64,000 bases of DNA from an uncultured delta proteobacterium (GTDB taxonomy: Bacteria > Desulfobacterota > Zymogenia > Zymogenales > Zymogenaceae). A program made the position numbers and the translations under genes. The notes under the pieces were generated by a model. It was not told the DNA's origin. It was given only the letters and a program-made list of their open reading frames with translations, and searched no databases. The DNA is taken from NCBI GenBank assembly GCA_963735595.1, contig CAVTLK010000001.1, positions 640,001 through 704,000 on the forward strand, read 5' to 3'. Numbering within the stretch: position 1 is the first letter of the stretch; the number at the start of each line of letters is the position of its first letter. Below, piece by piece: positions 8,871 through 23,797 of the stretch.

Positions 8871-11274
8871 TTATCTGATCTGCACATCGAGTTTCTTCTT
8901 TAAGACATCCAGTACCCTCCCGTGAACCGCGTTTACCTCGTCGTCGGTAAGCGTCCTATCTTCCGATTGGTATCTTACCGTCAGGGCGAGGCTCTTCTTA
9001 TCCTCCTGAATCTGCTTGCCCTGGTAGACATCGAAAATGGTAACGTCATTGATGAGGCTGTCGCCCGCGCCACAGATCGCCTCGATAATCTTCTTTGACG
9101 TGAGGCTTCCGCCCACGACCATCGATATATCGCGCAGAACCGATGGAAAACGGGAAACCGATCGGAACGTGAAATCCCGTGCCGCACAGCCCACCAGGGC
9201 AGATAGATCGGCTTCGAGAACATACGCGTCTCGGCCGAGGTCAAAGTTCTTCATAACCTTCGGGTCGATCCTGCCCATGTATCCGACGGGTACCTTCCCG
9301 CTCATAATGGCGCACGACTGCTCCGCGTCAAGATACGGATAGTCGTTCGTATCAGTGTATTCTATTTCCAGGAAGCCCAGCTTGTCAACCACCGTCTCCC
9401 AGATGCCCTTGATATCGAAGAAATCGACGTCACCCGCCGGCATGCCCCATTGTCTCGGATATCGTTTCCCGGATATCAGGGCGCACACATGTTCGTTCTC
9501 GGTGGGCAGGCCCTTTTTGTTCGGTCTGAAAACCCGCGCCGTCTCAAAGATCCGTACGTCATAGTTCAGGTAGTTGATGTTCGTGACGCAGGTCTTGATT
9601 ATCGACGGTATCAAAGTCGTACGCATCGACGCCATGTCTTCGTTCATCGGGTTGGCCAGTTTAATGGCGGTACGGCGCGCGTCGCCCGCCGGGAGTTCCA
9701 GCTTCTCCAGCCAGTCGATCCCGATAAAGCTGTAGGTGATTACCTCGCTAAATCCTTCAGACAGCATGACCTCCGACACCCGCTGGGTGAGCGTGCGGAT
9801 CGGCGAGCGTTCTGAATAGTCCATTCCGATTTCGGGGAGCGTCTCGGGAATCCGGTCAAAGCCCTTGAGCCGGGCGACCTCTTCGATAAGGTCTATCTCT
9901 CGCTCGAGGTCCATCCGGAACGGCGGCGGCAGGGCAGTTACCGAGTCGTCCGTCTCGGCCTGCACCTCGAGCTGGAGCCTCTTGAGGAATTCCTTTGACT
10001 CCGTGCGTCGTAATGTCAAACCCCATGATTTTCCTGGTTCGGGGCGTTCGGATGGTCACCGGTTTGGGCAGCGGTATCGGCCCCAGGACATCGATCATAC
10101 CCCGTGCGATCACCCCGCCGGCCAGTTCGCGGACAAGCTCCGCCGCGCGGTTTGCCGCATCCACCAGGCCCACCGGGTCGACCCCCCGCTCGAAGCGGAA
10201 GGCCGCCTCGCTGGGCAGCCCCAGCTTCTTGGCGGTGCGTCTGATTGACGGTGGATGGAAATACGCGGCCTCCAGGAGTACGTCCGTGGTGTCCTCCTGA
10301 ATTTCCGAGTTCGCGCCGCCCATGACGCCGGCTATGCCCACCGGCCTTTGTCCGTCGCAGATCATCAGCACGTCCTCGTTGAGCACCCGCTCGACGGCGT
10401 CCAGGGTATAGAAGGTTTCACCTTTGGCGGCACGCTTTACCACGATCCTGTGTCCCTCAAGGAGGCTGTAATCGAAGGCGTGCATGGGTTGCCCGTATTC
10501 GAGCATGACGTAGTTGGTGATATCAACGACGTTGCTGATGTCGCGCAGGTCAAGCCTCTTCAGGCGAAGGCGCATCCAGAAGGGGGACTTTCCTATCGTG
10601 ATCTTCTGGACGACCCGGGCGGTATAGCGGGGGCAGAGGTCCGCATCGATAACGTCTACCGACGCGAGGGTTTTGATATCCGGCCCTTCCTCGACAATCG
10701 ATATTTTCTTTTCCTTGAGCGGGACACTCGTGAGCGCCGATATCTCCCGCGCAAGACCGATGATAGAGAGGCAGTCTGCCCGATTAGGAGTCACGCCGAC
10801 GTCCAGCAGCCAATCCGTGAGGTCCATCGCCTCCGTTATCGGCCTTCCGGTCGCCGCGGTCGGCTCGAGCTCCATAATCCCCGAGTGATCGGCCGTAAGC
10901 GCCATTTCGTCCTCGGCCAGCAGCACGCCGACCGACTCGACGCCGCCGAACGCGCGCTTGCCGACCTCGATACCGCCCGGAAGGCGAACGCCGGGCAGCG
11001 CGAGAGGGGCCTTAATGCCGGCCCGTATATTGGGGGCCGACGAGACGATGGTTACCGGGGATTGCCCGGTAGTAACCTGACAAACCGTGAGCCCCTCTGT
11101 CGTGGGATGGGGCCCGGCCTCGATTACTTCACCAACGAGGATCTTTTCCAATCCTTCGCCGAGCCGCTGGACAGCCTCGACCTCAAAGCCGGACATGGTC
11201 ATGAGATCGGCGAGCTTATGGACCTCAAGATCAATATCGACAAAATCAGACAGCCACTGTATGGTCGCTTTCAT
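8871..11274 (-). CDS. pheT: Phenylalanyl-tRNA synthetase beta subunit (one frameshift near 10000, likely sequencing error)
   Basis: ORFs 9856..11274 (TPNRADCLS, FERGVD) and 8871..10019 (DLIEEVARL, RTLTDDEV) join. Confidence 0.95.
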
Positions 11275-11433
11275 ATCTCTTACGTTTTACCATCAATCGA
11301 TCACGGAAAAGCCGTGGAAGTATCACCCTGTTCGGTATTCCCCGTAAATGGGGAAACCGGTAACGGGCAGGTCACGAAACGCGCGGCTTAAACTGATTCC
11401 CGTGATCCGAGCGTTATGCGTATGCTCGTCCGG

Positions 11434-12444
11434 TTAGAACTGGTTGAGGAATCTTAAATCGTTCTCGAAGAAAAGCCTGATGTCATCGATTCCGTATTTT
11501 AGCATCGTAATACGCTCGATTCCCATCCCGAAGGCGAATCCGGTATACTCCTCCGGATCATAGCCTACCATCGAAAAGACCGCCGGATCTACCATCCCCG
11601 ATCCGAGTATCTCAAGCCACCCGGTCTGCGAACAGACACGGCACCCCTTCCCCTTGCAGATGACGCACCCGATATCGACTTCTGCCGACGGCTCCGTAAA
11701 GGGGAAGAAGCTCGGGCGAAAGCGGAGGTCCGTTTCGCTTCCAAACATCGCGTGGACGAATACCGAGAGTACCCCCTTGAGGTCGGCCATGCTGATGTCG
11801 TTTCCGACCATCAATCCTTCCACCTGATGAAACATCGGTGAATGGGTGACGTCGTAATCGGGACGATAGGCTTTGCCGGGGGCAACGATCTTGATGGGAG
11901 GCCGTCTGCTCTCCATCGTCCTGACCTGCACCGGCGAGGTATGGGTCCTGAGCAGCATCTCGTCGTCGATATAGAACGTGTCCTGCATGTCCCGGGCCGG
12001 ATGGTGCCGCGGCATATTGAGCGCCTCGAAGTTGTAGTAGTCAAGCTCAACCTCGGGACCCTCGGCCAGGTCAAATCCCATGCCAAGAAAGATATCCACG
12101 ATCTGCCGGTATACCCGGGTAACGGGATGCACTCTCCCCGTGTATCCCCGCCTTCCGGGAAGCGTATAATCGATCGATTTGGTCTTCTTGTCGGATGCAC
12201 CACCGGCAAGCCGCGCCAGGGATTCGTCGAAGGCCTTTTCTATCCTGTTCTTCAGTTCGTTGGCGAGTTTGCCGATTTTCGGACGCTCCTCGGACGAGAG
12301 CGACCCCATATCGCGCAGGATAGACGTCAGCTCGCCCTTCCTGCCGAGGTATTGTATCCTGAGTGATTCGATAGACTGCACGCCGGTGGCGTTCTTGATC
12401 TGTGAAAGAGCGGAAGCCTCCAGGGCCTTGAGTCTATCCAGCAT
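11434..12444 (-). CDS. pheS: Phenylalanyl-tRNA synthetase alpha subunit
   Basis: [27 protein letters not shown]. Confidence 0.98.
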   Translation of the reverse strand: MLDRLKALEASALSQIKNATGVQSIESLRIQYLGRKGELTSILRDMGSLSSEERPKIGKLANELKNRIEKAFDESLARLAGGASDKKTKSIDYTLPGRRGYTGRVHPVTRVYRQIVDIFLGMGFDLAEGPEVELDYYNFEALNMPRHHPARDMQDTFYIDDEMLLRTHTSPVQVRTMESRRPPIKIVAPGKAYRPDYDVTHSPMFHQVEGLMVGNDISMADLKGVLSVFVHAMFGSETDLRFRPSFFPFTEPSAEVDIGCVICKGKGCRVCSQTGWLEILGSGMVDPAVFSMVGYDPEEYTGFAFGMGIERITMLKYGIDDIRLFFENDLRFLNQF

Positions 12445-12802
12445 GTGCCGTGAGCCCTTCCTTGGCGCGTTCTACGATCTTTGCAAAGCCGTCACGATCA
12501 CGCACGGCCAGGTCCGCAAGGACTTTACGGTCGATCTCGATCCCTGACTTATGAAGGCCTTCCATGAAGCGACTGTAAGACAGGTTATTTTCCCGTGCCG
12601 CGGCGTTAATCCTGACGATCCAGAGACGCCGCATATCCCGTTTTTTCACCCGGCGATCCCGGTAGGCGTACATGAGGGCGCGCTCAACGGTTTCGCTGGC
12701 CGCCCTAAAACCGCGAGATCTCCCGCCTACGTACCCCTTTGCCAGTTTGAGGATCTTGTTGCGCCGCTTTCTGGCCTTCGTTCCTCTTACAACCCTAGAC
12801 AT
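12434..12802 (-). CDS. rplT: 50S ribosomal protein L20
   Basis: YAYRDRR...LWIVRINAA...DRKVLADLA. Confidence 0.97.
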   Translation of the reverse strand: MSRVVRGTKARKRRNKILKLAKGYVGGRSRGFRAASETVERALMYAYRDRRVKKRDMRRLWIVRINAAARENNLSYSRFMEGLHKSGIEIDRKVLADLAVRDRDGFAKIVERAKEGLTAHAG

Positions 12803-12883
12803 TGTATATGAACCTCCGTTGTTACAGGTGATACCGATAGCGGTCCCGACGGTCTCCCGACGGTCGGGCCGCCCTCGGCGGTC

Positions 12884-13088
12884 TCAGATGCCTGCGTTCG
12901 GCAACAGCCGCCTGATCTCACGCATATTTTCACGTACGATCAAACCCGCGGCCCTGAGGTGGCGTTTGCGTTTTGTGGTTTTCTTTGTCAGAATATGATT
13001 CGAAAACGCCTTACTGCGTTTAACCTTTCCCGCGCCGGTTCTTCTTGAATCGTTTTGCCGCCGCTCTGTTCGTCTTTATCTTAGGCAT
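12884..13088 (-). CDS. rpmI: 50S ribosomal protein L35 (one extra base near 13040)
   Basis: MPKIKTNRAAAKRFKK then shifted frame TGAGKVKRSKAFSNHILTKKTTKRKRHLR; lies between infC and rplT. Confidence 0.92.
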
Positions 13089-13247
13089 GTGTAATCCTCT
13101 CTCTCATTCGAGTTACCGTGTTATTCGGTTCGTCTCTCTATCCCATCAATCGGCCACCCGGCAACACCACCCGATACGCCTCACGAAGGTGAGGCGTAAG
13201 GCGTTATTTCAGATTACCTCACTCCCTCCCGGGGGCCGTGGCCGTAT

Positions 13248-13766
13248 CTATTTTTGCGGGGCGATGATCATGACCATGTTTCGCCCCTCGAGGGTCGGCT
13301 TTTGCTCGACGGTCCCGATATCCACAATCTCGAGGGCTATCTTATCGAGTATCTTCCTTCCGATCTCCGTATAGGTGATCTCCCTCCCGCGAAAGATCAT
13401 GGTAACCTTTGCCTTATCACCGTTTTCGAGAAAACGCTTGATGTCTTTGACTTTATTCTGCACGTCATGGTCCGCGGTCTTGGGGCTTACCTTGACCTCC
13501 TTGATGTGCATCACGCTTTGTTTCTTGCGCGCGTCATGGGCCTTCTTGCTCTGCTGGTATTTGAACTTGCCGTAGTCCATGATGCGGCAAACCGGAGGAT
13601 CGGCCGTAGGCGCAACCTCCACGAGATCCAGACCGAAATCCTCGGCCCTTCTCAGGGCGTCGTCCGTCGTAATAATGCCCAGTTGTTCGCCGTCCGGAGC
13701 GATCACCCGAACCTTATCGGTCCTGATCATACGATTAATTCTGACGTCTTTGGCTTTCTCTTTTAT
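13248..13766 (-). CDS. infC: Translation initiation factor IF-3, probable ATA start
   Basis: GGAGG SD then ATA AAA GAG...RINRMIR; PPVCRIMDYGKFKY, FRGRE. Confidence 0.95.
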   Translation of the reverse strand: MKEKAKDVRINRMIRTDKVRVIAPDGEQLGIITTDDALRRAEDFGLDLVEVAPTADPPVCRIMDYGKFKYQQSKKAHDARKKQSVMHIKEVKVSPKTADHDVQNKVKDIKRFLENGDKAKVTMIFRGREITYTEIGRKILDKIALEIVDIGTVEQKPTLEGRNMVMIIAPQK

Positions 13767-13769
13767 AGT

Positions 13770-15677
13770 CTACCCCCTCCAAAAGACTGAGCTTTCCGTC
13801 TTGACGCGCTCAATAAATTCGCCTATCTTCATCGGCTCGAGGTTTTTCCCGTCCAGCAGCCGCGGAGTAACAGTCCCGCCCGCCACCTCGGCCTGGCCGA
13901 TGATGAGGGTAAAGGGAACCTTCTCGATCTGCGCCTCCCTGATCTTGAGCCCCAGTTTCTCGTTACGGAAGTCGGCCCGCGCACGGATTCCGGCGGACTT
14001 GAGCTCGCCCAGGACTTTCTTTCCGAAATCTATATGGTCATCGGTTATCGTCACGATTAGCGCCTGCAGCGGAGCAAAGCCGACCGGAAACGCCCCGGCG
14101 TAATGCTCGATAAGGATCCCGAGAAACCGATCCATCGATCCGAGGATGACACGGTGCAGCATCACCGGCCGCTTCTTCTCGCCGTTTGAATCGATAAACG
14201 TGAGGTCGAAGCGTTCCGGGAGGGTAAAGTCACATTGGATGGTCGCGCACTGCCACTGCCTGCCGATCGCATCCCTCAGCTTGAAGTCGATCTTCGGGCC
14301 GTAGAACGCCCCGTCGCCCTCATTGACTGCGTATTCCTGTCCCTGCTTCTCGAGGGCAAACGTGAGGGCCTCCGTGGCCCGCGCCCAGTCCTCATCGGAG
14401 CCAATGGATTTTTCCGGCCTGGTCGACAGCTCCATCGAATACGGGAATCCGAACACCTTCATGGTATAGGCAACGAACTCCATAACACCCACGATCTCAT
14501 CGATGAGCTGCTCGGGCGTGCAAATGATATGGGCATCGTCCTGTGTGAAGGCCCGGGCCCTGAGCATCCCGTGGAGCACGCCTGACTTCTCGTGGCGGTG
14601 CACCGTACCAAGCTCGAAATACCGCAGCGGAAGATCCCGGTAGCTTCTGAGTTTCGACTTGTATATAAGCATGTGCGCCAGGCAATTCATCGGCTTGATG
14701 CCGTACTGCTGTCCCTCCACCTCGGTGAAGTACATGTTCTCTCGATAGTTATCGAAGTGGCCGGATCGCTCCCAGAGTTCCCGCTTGAGTATCATCGGGC
14801 CGATGACGATATCGTACCCGCGCCTGAGGTGTTCTGCCTTCATGAAGTCTTCGATGATCATCCGCAGCATCGCGCCCTTGGGGTGATAGATTGGGAGGCC
14901 GGCGCCCGCGTCGTCGTTAAACTGGAAAAGATCGAGCTCCCTGCCGAGTCTCCGGTGGTCGCGGCGTTTGGCCTCCTCAATCAGCGTCAGGTGCTGTTGC
15001 AGCGACTCCTTATCCGCGAACGCCGTTCCGTAGACCCTTTGCAGCATCTTATTCTTCTCGTCTCCCCTCCAGTACGCCCCGGCTATCGATGTCAGCTTAA
15101 AAGCCTTTATTACTCCCGACGAGGGGATGTGCGGCCCCCGGCAGAGATCGGTGAAATCTCCCTGTGTATAGAGTGAGACCGTTTCGTCCTGAATACCGTC
15201 TATCAACTCGATCTTATATGTCTCGCCCTTTTCCCTGAATAACTCAACCGCTTCCTTTACCGGGACGATCCTTCTTTCAAACGGGCTATCTTTCTTTATG
15301 ATCTCGCCCATCCGCTTCTCGATTTTCTCGAGGTCTTCAGGCTCAAACGGCTTGGCGATGTCGAAGTCATAATAAAAGCCGTTTTCAATGGCCGGGCCGA
15401 TCGTTACTTTCACATCGGGAAAGAGCGACTGGACCGCTTCGGCCATGATATGCGACGTGCTGTGCCGCAGTATCTCGATACCCTCGGGGCTGTCCAGGGT
15501 GATAAATCCGATTTCACCCTGGGCGGGAATCTTCTCCGAGAGATCGACGGGCCTCCCGTCGACCGTCGCCGCTATCGCCGACTTCCTGAGCTCGGCGGGA
15601 ACCAGGTCGGCAATCGCCATCCCCTCTCTCGGCTCGGGCGTCTGAAAGCCCCTGCTCTGTATTGTTAGCTGTACCAT
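13770..15677 (-). CDS. thrS: Threonyl-tRNA synthetase
   Basis: [28 protein letters not shown]. Confidence 0.98.
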   Translation of the reverse strand: MVQLTIQSRGFQTPEPREGMAIADLVPAELRKSAIAATVDGRPVDLSEKIPAQGEIGFITLDSPEGIEILRHSTSHIMAEAVQSLFPDVKVTIGPAIENGFYYDFDIAKPFEPEDLEKIEKRMGEIIKKDSPFERRIVPVKEAVELFREKGETYKIELIDGIQDETVSLYTQGDFTDLCRGPHIPSSGVIKAFKLTSIAGAYWRGDEKNKMLQRVYGTAFADKESLQQHLTLIEEAKRRDHRRLGRELDLFQFNDDAGAGLPIYHPKGAMLRMIIEDFMKAEHLRRGYDIVIGPMILKRELWERSGHFDNYRENMYFTEVEGQQYGIKPMNCLAHMLIYKSKLRSYRDLPLRYFELGTVHRHEKSGVLHGMLRARAFTQDDAHIICTPEQLIDEIVGVMEFVAYTMKVFGFPYSMELSTRPEKSIGSDEDWARATEALTFALEKQGQEYAVNEGDGAFYGPKIDFKLRDAIGRQWQCATIQCDFTLPERFDLTFIDSNGEKKRPVMLHRVILGSMDRFLGILIEHYAGAFPVGFAPLQALIVTITDDHIDFGKKVLGELKSAGIRARADFRNEKLGLKIREAQIEKVPFTLIIGQAEVAGGTVTPRLLDGKNLEPMKIGEFIERVKTESSVFWRG

Positions 15678-15689
15678 CGTAATAAAAGT

Positions 15690-15727
15690 AAAAAAGGCAT
15701 CAAAAACCTGGAGTCATTGATGCCTTT
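15690..15727 (-). terminator. Terminator-like hairpin between tRNA-Val and thrS
   Basis: AAAGGCATCAA...TTGATGCCTTT plus T-run ending 12 nt before thrS ATG. Confidence 0.6.
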
Positions 15728-15781
15728 CTCGTTTCTTCAAAACGTCTCGATAGCTCTTTATCCCACACAGGTTTTTAATAC

Positions 15782-15856
15782 TGGTAGGCACGGGCGGGAT
15801 TGAACCGCCGACATCTACCGCGTCAGGATAGCGCTCTACCACTGAGCTACGTGCCT
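15782..15856 (-). tRNA. tRNA-Val(GAC)
   Basis: AGGCACGTAGCTCAGTGGTAGAGC-GCTATC-CT-GAC-GC-GGTAG...GGTTCAATCC...GTGCCTACCA. Confidence 0.97.
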
Positions 15857-15868
15857 AAATTCTTAGAA

Positions 15869-15897
15869 TTAATAGCAATTTCTCCATCAAATGTCAA
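15869..15897 (-). promoter_or_regulatory. sigma70-like promoter for tRNA-Val/thrS
   Basis: TTGACA-17 nt-TATTAA with TG extension. Confidence 0.55.
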
Positions 15898-15932
15898 GAT
15901 AATTCTCGTGCTCGCGGCGATTTGTACCGCGC

Positions 15933-16493
15933 TTATTGTATCTCCCTGAGGTACCGCTCGGCATCACGCTTGTACGTCCCTTCGAGTTCAATCACCTTCT
16001 TCAGGTCCTTCCTGGCTTCCTCGGTCTTTCCCGCCTTGATGAGTGAAACCCCCATCCAGAACAGCGCCTTGTCGTTATTGGGAGAGATCGACAGTATAGA
16101 CTCGAAATCGGTCGTCACCCTGTCCAGCCACCCGTCCCCGCCGATGATCAGAGACGTACGCATAGAGGCCAGGAGCGCAAGTACCGTTTCGTTGCCCTCG
16201 GCCGCGTATTGTTTTGCGAGATCGATATAACCCTCAGATACATCCGGAACGTCCTCTATCGCCCAGTATATGCCCTTTCCGGCCAGGGCAGGAGAGAACT
16301 GAGGATTATCGGCAAGCGCCGTCTCGAACTCCCGCATGGCGTCTTCTGGAAACCCCATATCGACGAATGCTATTCCGTTTTCGGCGTGATGTATAGGAGA
16401 GCCGAAAGGGTAGTGCTGAACATCGATCCGATGGGCGCACCCGAAAAGAAAAAACACGATGAGCACTATCGGGGGTATATGTCGCTCAATCAT
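15933..16493 (-). CDS. TPR-repeat lipoprotein
   Basis: Lipobox-like FLFGC; TPR-like helices (AMREFETALADNP; KALFWMGVSLIKAGKTEEA). Confidence 0.7.
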   Translation of the reverse strand: MIERHIPPIVLIVFFLFGCAHRIDVQHYPFGSPIHHAENGIAFVDMGFPEDAMREFETALADNPQFSPALAGKGIYWAIEDVPDVSEGYIDLAKQYAAEGNETVLALLASMRTSLIIGGDGWLDRVTTDFESILSISPNNDKALFWMGVSLIKAGKTEEARKDLKKVIELEGTYKRDAERYLREIQ

Positions 16494-16693
16494 TCGTTTC
16501 GCATCGATATATCTGAAATCGCATGTTTATAGATGAGATACGGCCTATCGGCGTCGATGAATATACAAAAATTATCAAAACTCCTCACCACCCCAACCAC
16601 CTCACGGCCGTCGAGCAGGTGAATGGCGATCGAGGTTCTCTCTTTTCTGACCTGATTGAGGAACTGATCCTGGATATTAATACCGGTTTTCAT
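16490..16693 (-). CDS. hfq: RNA chaperone Hfq
   Basis: NIQDQFLNQVRKE...SFDNF...IYKHAIS. Confidence 0.95.
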   Translation of the reverse strand: MKTGINIQDQFLNQVRKERTSIAIHLLDGREVVGVVRSFDNFCIFIDADRPYLIYKHAISDISMRNE

Positions 16694-16856
16694 TATGTCG
16701 AGCCGTATACTATTTGTCCCGCTTTACGCGCACTCAAACCCCGGTACCGCGCACCGTACCGTGATTCCGCTTCCGTTCCAAACAAAAAAACCTGATTATA
16801 GTTCTATCATTAAAACCGGTCGATGTCCAGCGATTTTTTATTGTATGCCTGTTACG

Positions 16857-16888
16857 AAAAAAAGGGGGGGCTACGATGCCCCCCCCTT
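16857..16888 (-). terminator. Intrinsic terminator closing the cytoplasmic FDH operon
   Basis: G/C-run hairpin followed by T7 on minus strand. Confidence 0.8.
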
Positions 16889-16940
16889 GATTGTACGCGT
16901 CTCCCTGACGGCCTGGCGTCGGCGGACACGCAGACAGGAT

Positions 16941-19652
16941 CTATACCGCCGCTCTCTTTTGCTTCAGTTCGATCTTGACCGCACTGACCTTATATTCCGG
17001 AATCTTACCAATCGGATCCAGAAAGGTATTTGTCAGGACGTTGGCCGCCGCCTCCGCATAGTGGAACGGCATAAAGATCGTACCGGGCTTGACCCGGTCG
17101 GTCACCCACGCACGGACCTCAACGGAACCGCGGCGCGACGAGATGAATGCATTTTTGCCGTCGCCGACCCCGTAGGTCGTTGCATCCTTCGGGTTTATCT
17201 CGAAGAACGGGCCTTTCGATCGGAAGTTGAGACCCTCCGACCGACGGGACATCGTTCCGGTATGATACTGGTAGAGTATCCGGCCTGTCGTGAGTATCAG
17301 CGGGTATTCCTTATCGGGAAGCTCCATCGCTTCCTTGAATTCTATCGCGTTAAAGAGTCCGAGACCCCGCACGAACTTGTCCTTATGCAGGAACCGGGTA
17401 CCCGGATGCTCCTCGTTGGGGCACGGCCATTGGATGCCGCCCTTCTCAATTCTGTCATAGGAGATACCCGCGTAACTGGGCGTAACCTTCCTGATCTCCT
17501 CGAAGATATCTTTCGAGGTCCGATAGTCCATCGGATAGCCCATCCGCGCGGCAATATCCGCAATAATCTTCCAATCCGGCCGCGACTCACCGATCGGCCC
17601 CACCGCCTTGCGTACCCTCTGAACACGCCGCTCGGTGTTGGTAAAGGTACCGTCTTTCTCTGCAAAGCTGGCCGCCGGGAATACGACATCGGCAAGTTCG
17701 GTCGTCTCGTTCATGAAGATATCCTGACAGACGATAAAGTCCGCTTTCTTCAGGGATTCCCTCACGTGGGCCGTATCGGGATCGGAGACCATGGGGTTTT
17801 CCCCCATGAAGTAGAGCGCCTTGAGTTTTCCCTCATGGACCGCATTGGTCATCTCTACGATGGTCAGACCCACCTTCTCCGACAGGGGCATTACCGGTTT
17901 CCACGCCTCGGTGAACTTGGCACGGACCGCTTCGTCGATCACCCGCTGGTATCCGCAGAAGACGTTCGGGAGCGCACCCATATCGCAGGCGCCCTGCACG
18001 TTGTTCTGACCCCTGAGCGGATTCACGCCGCCCCCCGCTACGCCGATGTTGCCGGTGAGCATCGCCAGGTTCGCGAGCGACATAACGTTATCGGTGCCGG
18101 TGGTATGCTGCGTAATTCCCATGGCATAGTAGACCGCCGCCGGTTTGGAGGTCGCGAAGAGCCTGGCGGCCCCGATCAGGTCCGCGGCCGGGATGCCGGA
18201 TATCTTCTCGACATACTCCGGGGTATACTTTTTGACCGCCTCCTTCATCTTATCGAACCCTTCGGTTCGTCCCGCCACATACTCCCGGTCGTAGAGACCT
18301 TCCTCTATGATGACGTTCATCATCCCGTTGATCCAGGCCACGTCGGTCCCCGGACGCTGACGGAGGTGTATGGTAGCGAACTTCGCGATTTCAATGTTCC
18401 GGGGATCCACAAGGATAAGCTTTGCGCCCTTGTTGACCGCCTGTTTAAGCTTCGTGGCGATAACCGGGTGGTTCTCCGTTGTGTTGGTGCCCGTCAGGAG
18501 AAATACCGAGCTCTCCGCCGCCTCCGCGATGGAGTTTGTCATCGCCCCGCTGCCGAACGCTGTGGCAAGACCTGCCACGGTAACGCTGTGTCAGAGGCGG
18601 GCGCAGTGATCGACGTTATTCGTACCGATCACCGCGCGGGAGAACTTTTGCAGTACGTAGTTATCTTCGTTGGTGCACCGGGCCGAGGTAAACACGCCGA
18701 TCGAATCCGGTCCGTGTTTGTCCCGTATTCCCTTGAGACGTGCGGCCGTATAGTCGAGCGCCTCGTCCCAGGAAGACTCCCAGAATTTCCCGTCCTTCTT
18801 GATGAGGGGTTTCGTCAGCCGCTCTGGGTGATGGATGAAGTCGTGGCCAAAGCGTCCCTTGACACAGAGGCTTCCCTGGTTCGGCTCGCCCATTTCATAG
18901 TCGGAGGTAACCTTAACTACCTTTCCGTCCTTGACGTTCAGTGTGATCTGGCAGCCGACGCCGCAGTATGAACAGGTCGTTTTGACTTTCTCAAACTCCC
19001 AGTCTCTCCCCTTGAAACGGCCCTGCTTTTCGGACAGCGCCCCCACCGGGCAAACCGAGACACATTCACCGCAGAACACGCACTCGGAGTCTTCGTAGGT
19101 CCTGCCGAAGGCGGGACCTACGGTGGCGTGTCTGCCGCGATACGAGAAATCAAGGACCTGGTTGACCTGAACCTCGTTACAGGCCCGCACGCATCGCCCG
19201 CAGACGATACATCGATCCATGTCCCTGATGATCATCGGGTTGCCGTCCTCGATCTCAAAACCGGGCGGGTTAATCGGAAATCGGGGTTCTTCGATACCCA
19301 GCTCGTACGTCAGCTCCTGTAGGAGACACCGGCCGTTGGCCTCGCAGACCAGGCAGTTGTGTTTTCCTGAAGACAGGAGGAGCTCCGTGGCGAGCCGTCG
19401 GGCGGAGATTACCTTGTCGGAACCGGTTGTTACCTCCATGCCTTCGGTAATCGGCTGGGCGCAGGAAGCCACCAGGTTCCTGGCTCCCGCCACCTCCACC
19501 ACGCATACCCGACAGGCGCCCGCGGCCTTTGCCGCCGGGTGGTAACAGAGAATCGGAATCCGGATATTGCTTTCCTTGGCAACCTCATAAATCGTCTGGC
19601 CGGGTGCCCCGTGCACCTGCTTGCCGTCGATAGTGAGCGTTATCGTCTTCAT
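16941..19652 (-). CDS. fdhF: Cytoplasmic selenocysteine formate dehydrogenase alpha subunit with N-terminal NuoG-like Fe-S domains (UGA=Sec at 18591-18593)
   Basis: ORFs 18591..19652 and 16941..18578 are in frame across TGA: DHCARL-U-HSVTVAGL...GSGAMTNS; CSYCGVGC; LRGQNNVQG; no Tat signal. Confidence 0.93.
18562..18578 (-). promoter_or_regulatory. SECIS hairpin of cytoplasmic FDH
   Basis: GTGGCA-GGTCT-TGCCAC 12 nt after UGA, resembling the E. coli fdhF SECIS upper stem-loop. Confidence 0.8.
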
Positions 19653-19728
19653 AACACCTTCCTATGTGAATAACTATGGTACCTTGTGGCGCGTAATTCT
19701 CAGCTGGAGTCTATTGAACAGGTTTCCG

Positions 19729-22781
<3,053 letters not shown>

Positions 22782-22846
22782 GGGGGATTATCCTCCTCAA
22801 CCCGATAACGCGGCGCTTTGTTCGGCCGCGGTCAACAAGAGTCGTG

Positions 22847-23230
22847 TTACTTTACTATTTCCGCACCTTTGGCTAGGACAAAGGGAGTCTGTATCTCGCC
22901 TTTCACGATATGGCGCTTAAATACCTGACGCATTTTATTGGGATTCATATATTCGTATTTGATCGGTTCATTCCCGATTACTTCGACGGTCACCAGCGGC
23001 TCCCGGCTGCACAATCCCATGCATCCCGAGGTAGTCACTGCGACGTCCGAAACGCTGTCCTCGGCCATGACGTTCATGAGCGCCTCCAGCACTTCTCGGG
23101 CGCCGGACGCGATACCGCACGTCCCCATGTGTACGGTGACTTTTACCCGCGCACCCCCCTCTCGCAGCGCCGTATCGGTATGAACCTTGTCCTTGATCTT
23201 CTTCAGATCTTCTATCGTCAACTTTGACAT
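22847..23230 (-). CDS. Thioredoxin-like [2Fe-2S] ferredoxin (HndB/HydD-like)
   Basis: MGTCGIASGAR...SGCMGLCSREP. Confidence 0.85.
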   Translation of the reverse strand: MSKLTIEDLKKIKDKVHTDTALREGGARVKVTVHMGTCGIASGAREVLEALMNVMAEDSVSDVAVTTSGCMGLCSREPLVTVEVIGNEPIKYEYMNPNKMRQVFKRHIVKGEIQTPFVLAKGAEIVK

Positions 23231-23257
23231 ACTACCATCCTCATATAAATAGGTTGG

Positions 23258-23755
23258 TTATTTATAGTGGCTCAGAACCTCCGCCAACATAGCCGGCTTC
23301 ATCCTTCCATGCACCTCTTCGTCAACAACCACAACCGGCCCCAGTCCGCAGGCTCCGAGGCACCGCACCGACTCCAGAGAGAACATGCGGTCGGCCGTCG
23401 TCTCGCCTTCGCTAATCCCGAGGCTGCGTTTGAGCGTCTCCGCGATGGCCCTGCCCCCCCGAACGTAACAGGCGGTACCGAGACATACCCGGCAGGTATG
23501 CTTGCCGCGCGGTACCATGGTGAAGAAGGAATAAAAGGTCACCACCCCAAAGACCTGTGCCCGCGGAACCCCGAGGCCTTCGGCAATAAGCTCCTGGATT
23601 GAGACGGGCAGAAAACCGAGAACGCCCTGGACTTCTTCAAGAACCGGGATAAGCCCTCCGGGCTTACCCTTAAAACGCTTGATTATTTCGTCAACTTCCT
23701 TGAGTTGTCCCGGGGTAAATTCCTTGGCTATATCAACGTCCGGCAGTTTCTTCAT
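23258..23755 (-). CDS. NuoE/HydC-like [2Fe-2S] subunit
   Basis: VTFYSFF, CLGTACYVRG, CLGACGLGP. Confidence 0.92.
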   Translation of the reverse strand: MKKLPDVDIAKEFTPGQLKEVDEIIKRFKGKPGGLIPVLEEVQGVLGFLPVSIQELIAEGLGVPRAQVFGVVTFYSFFTMVPRGKHTCRVCLGTACYVRGGRAIAETLKRSLGISEGETTADRMFSLESVRCLGACGLGPVVVVDEEVHGRMKPAMLAEVLSHYK

Positions 23756-23797
23756 AAACCACTCCTTACTTACTGACCATTACAGGAATCACATATT

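Noticed and set aside
15678..15781. T-box riboswitch for thrS
   Set aside because: Region too short and no GGTGG-ACC T-box motif or stem I
18591..18593. Nonsense mutations in the FDH genes (here and at 44630-44632)
   Set aside because: TGA sits at the conserved Sec position, the frame continues, and a SECIS-like hairpin follows
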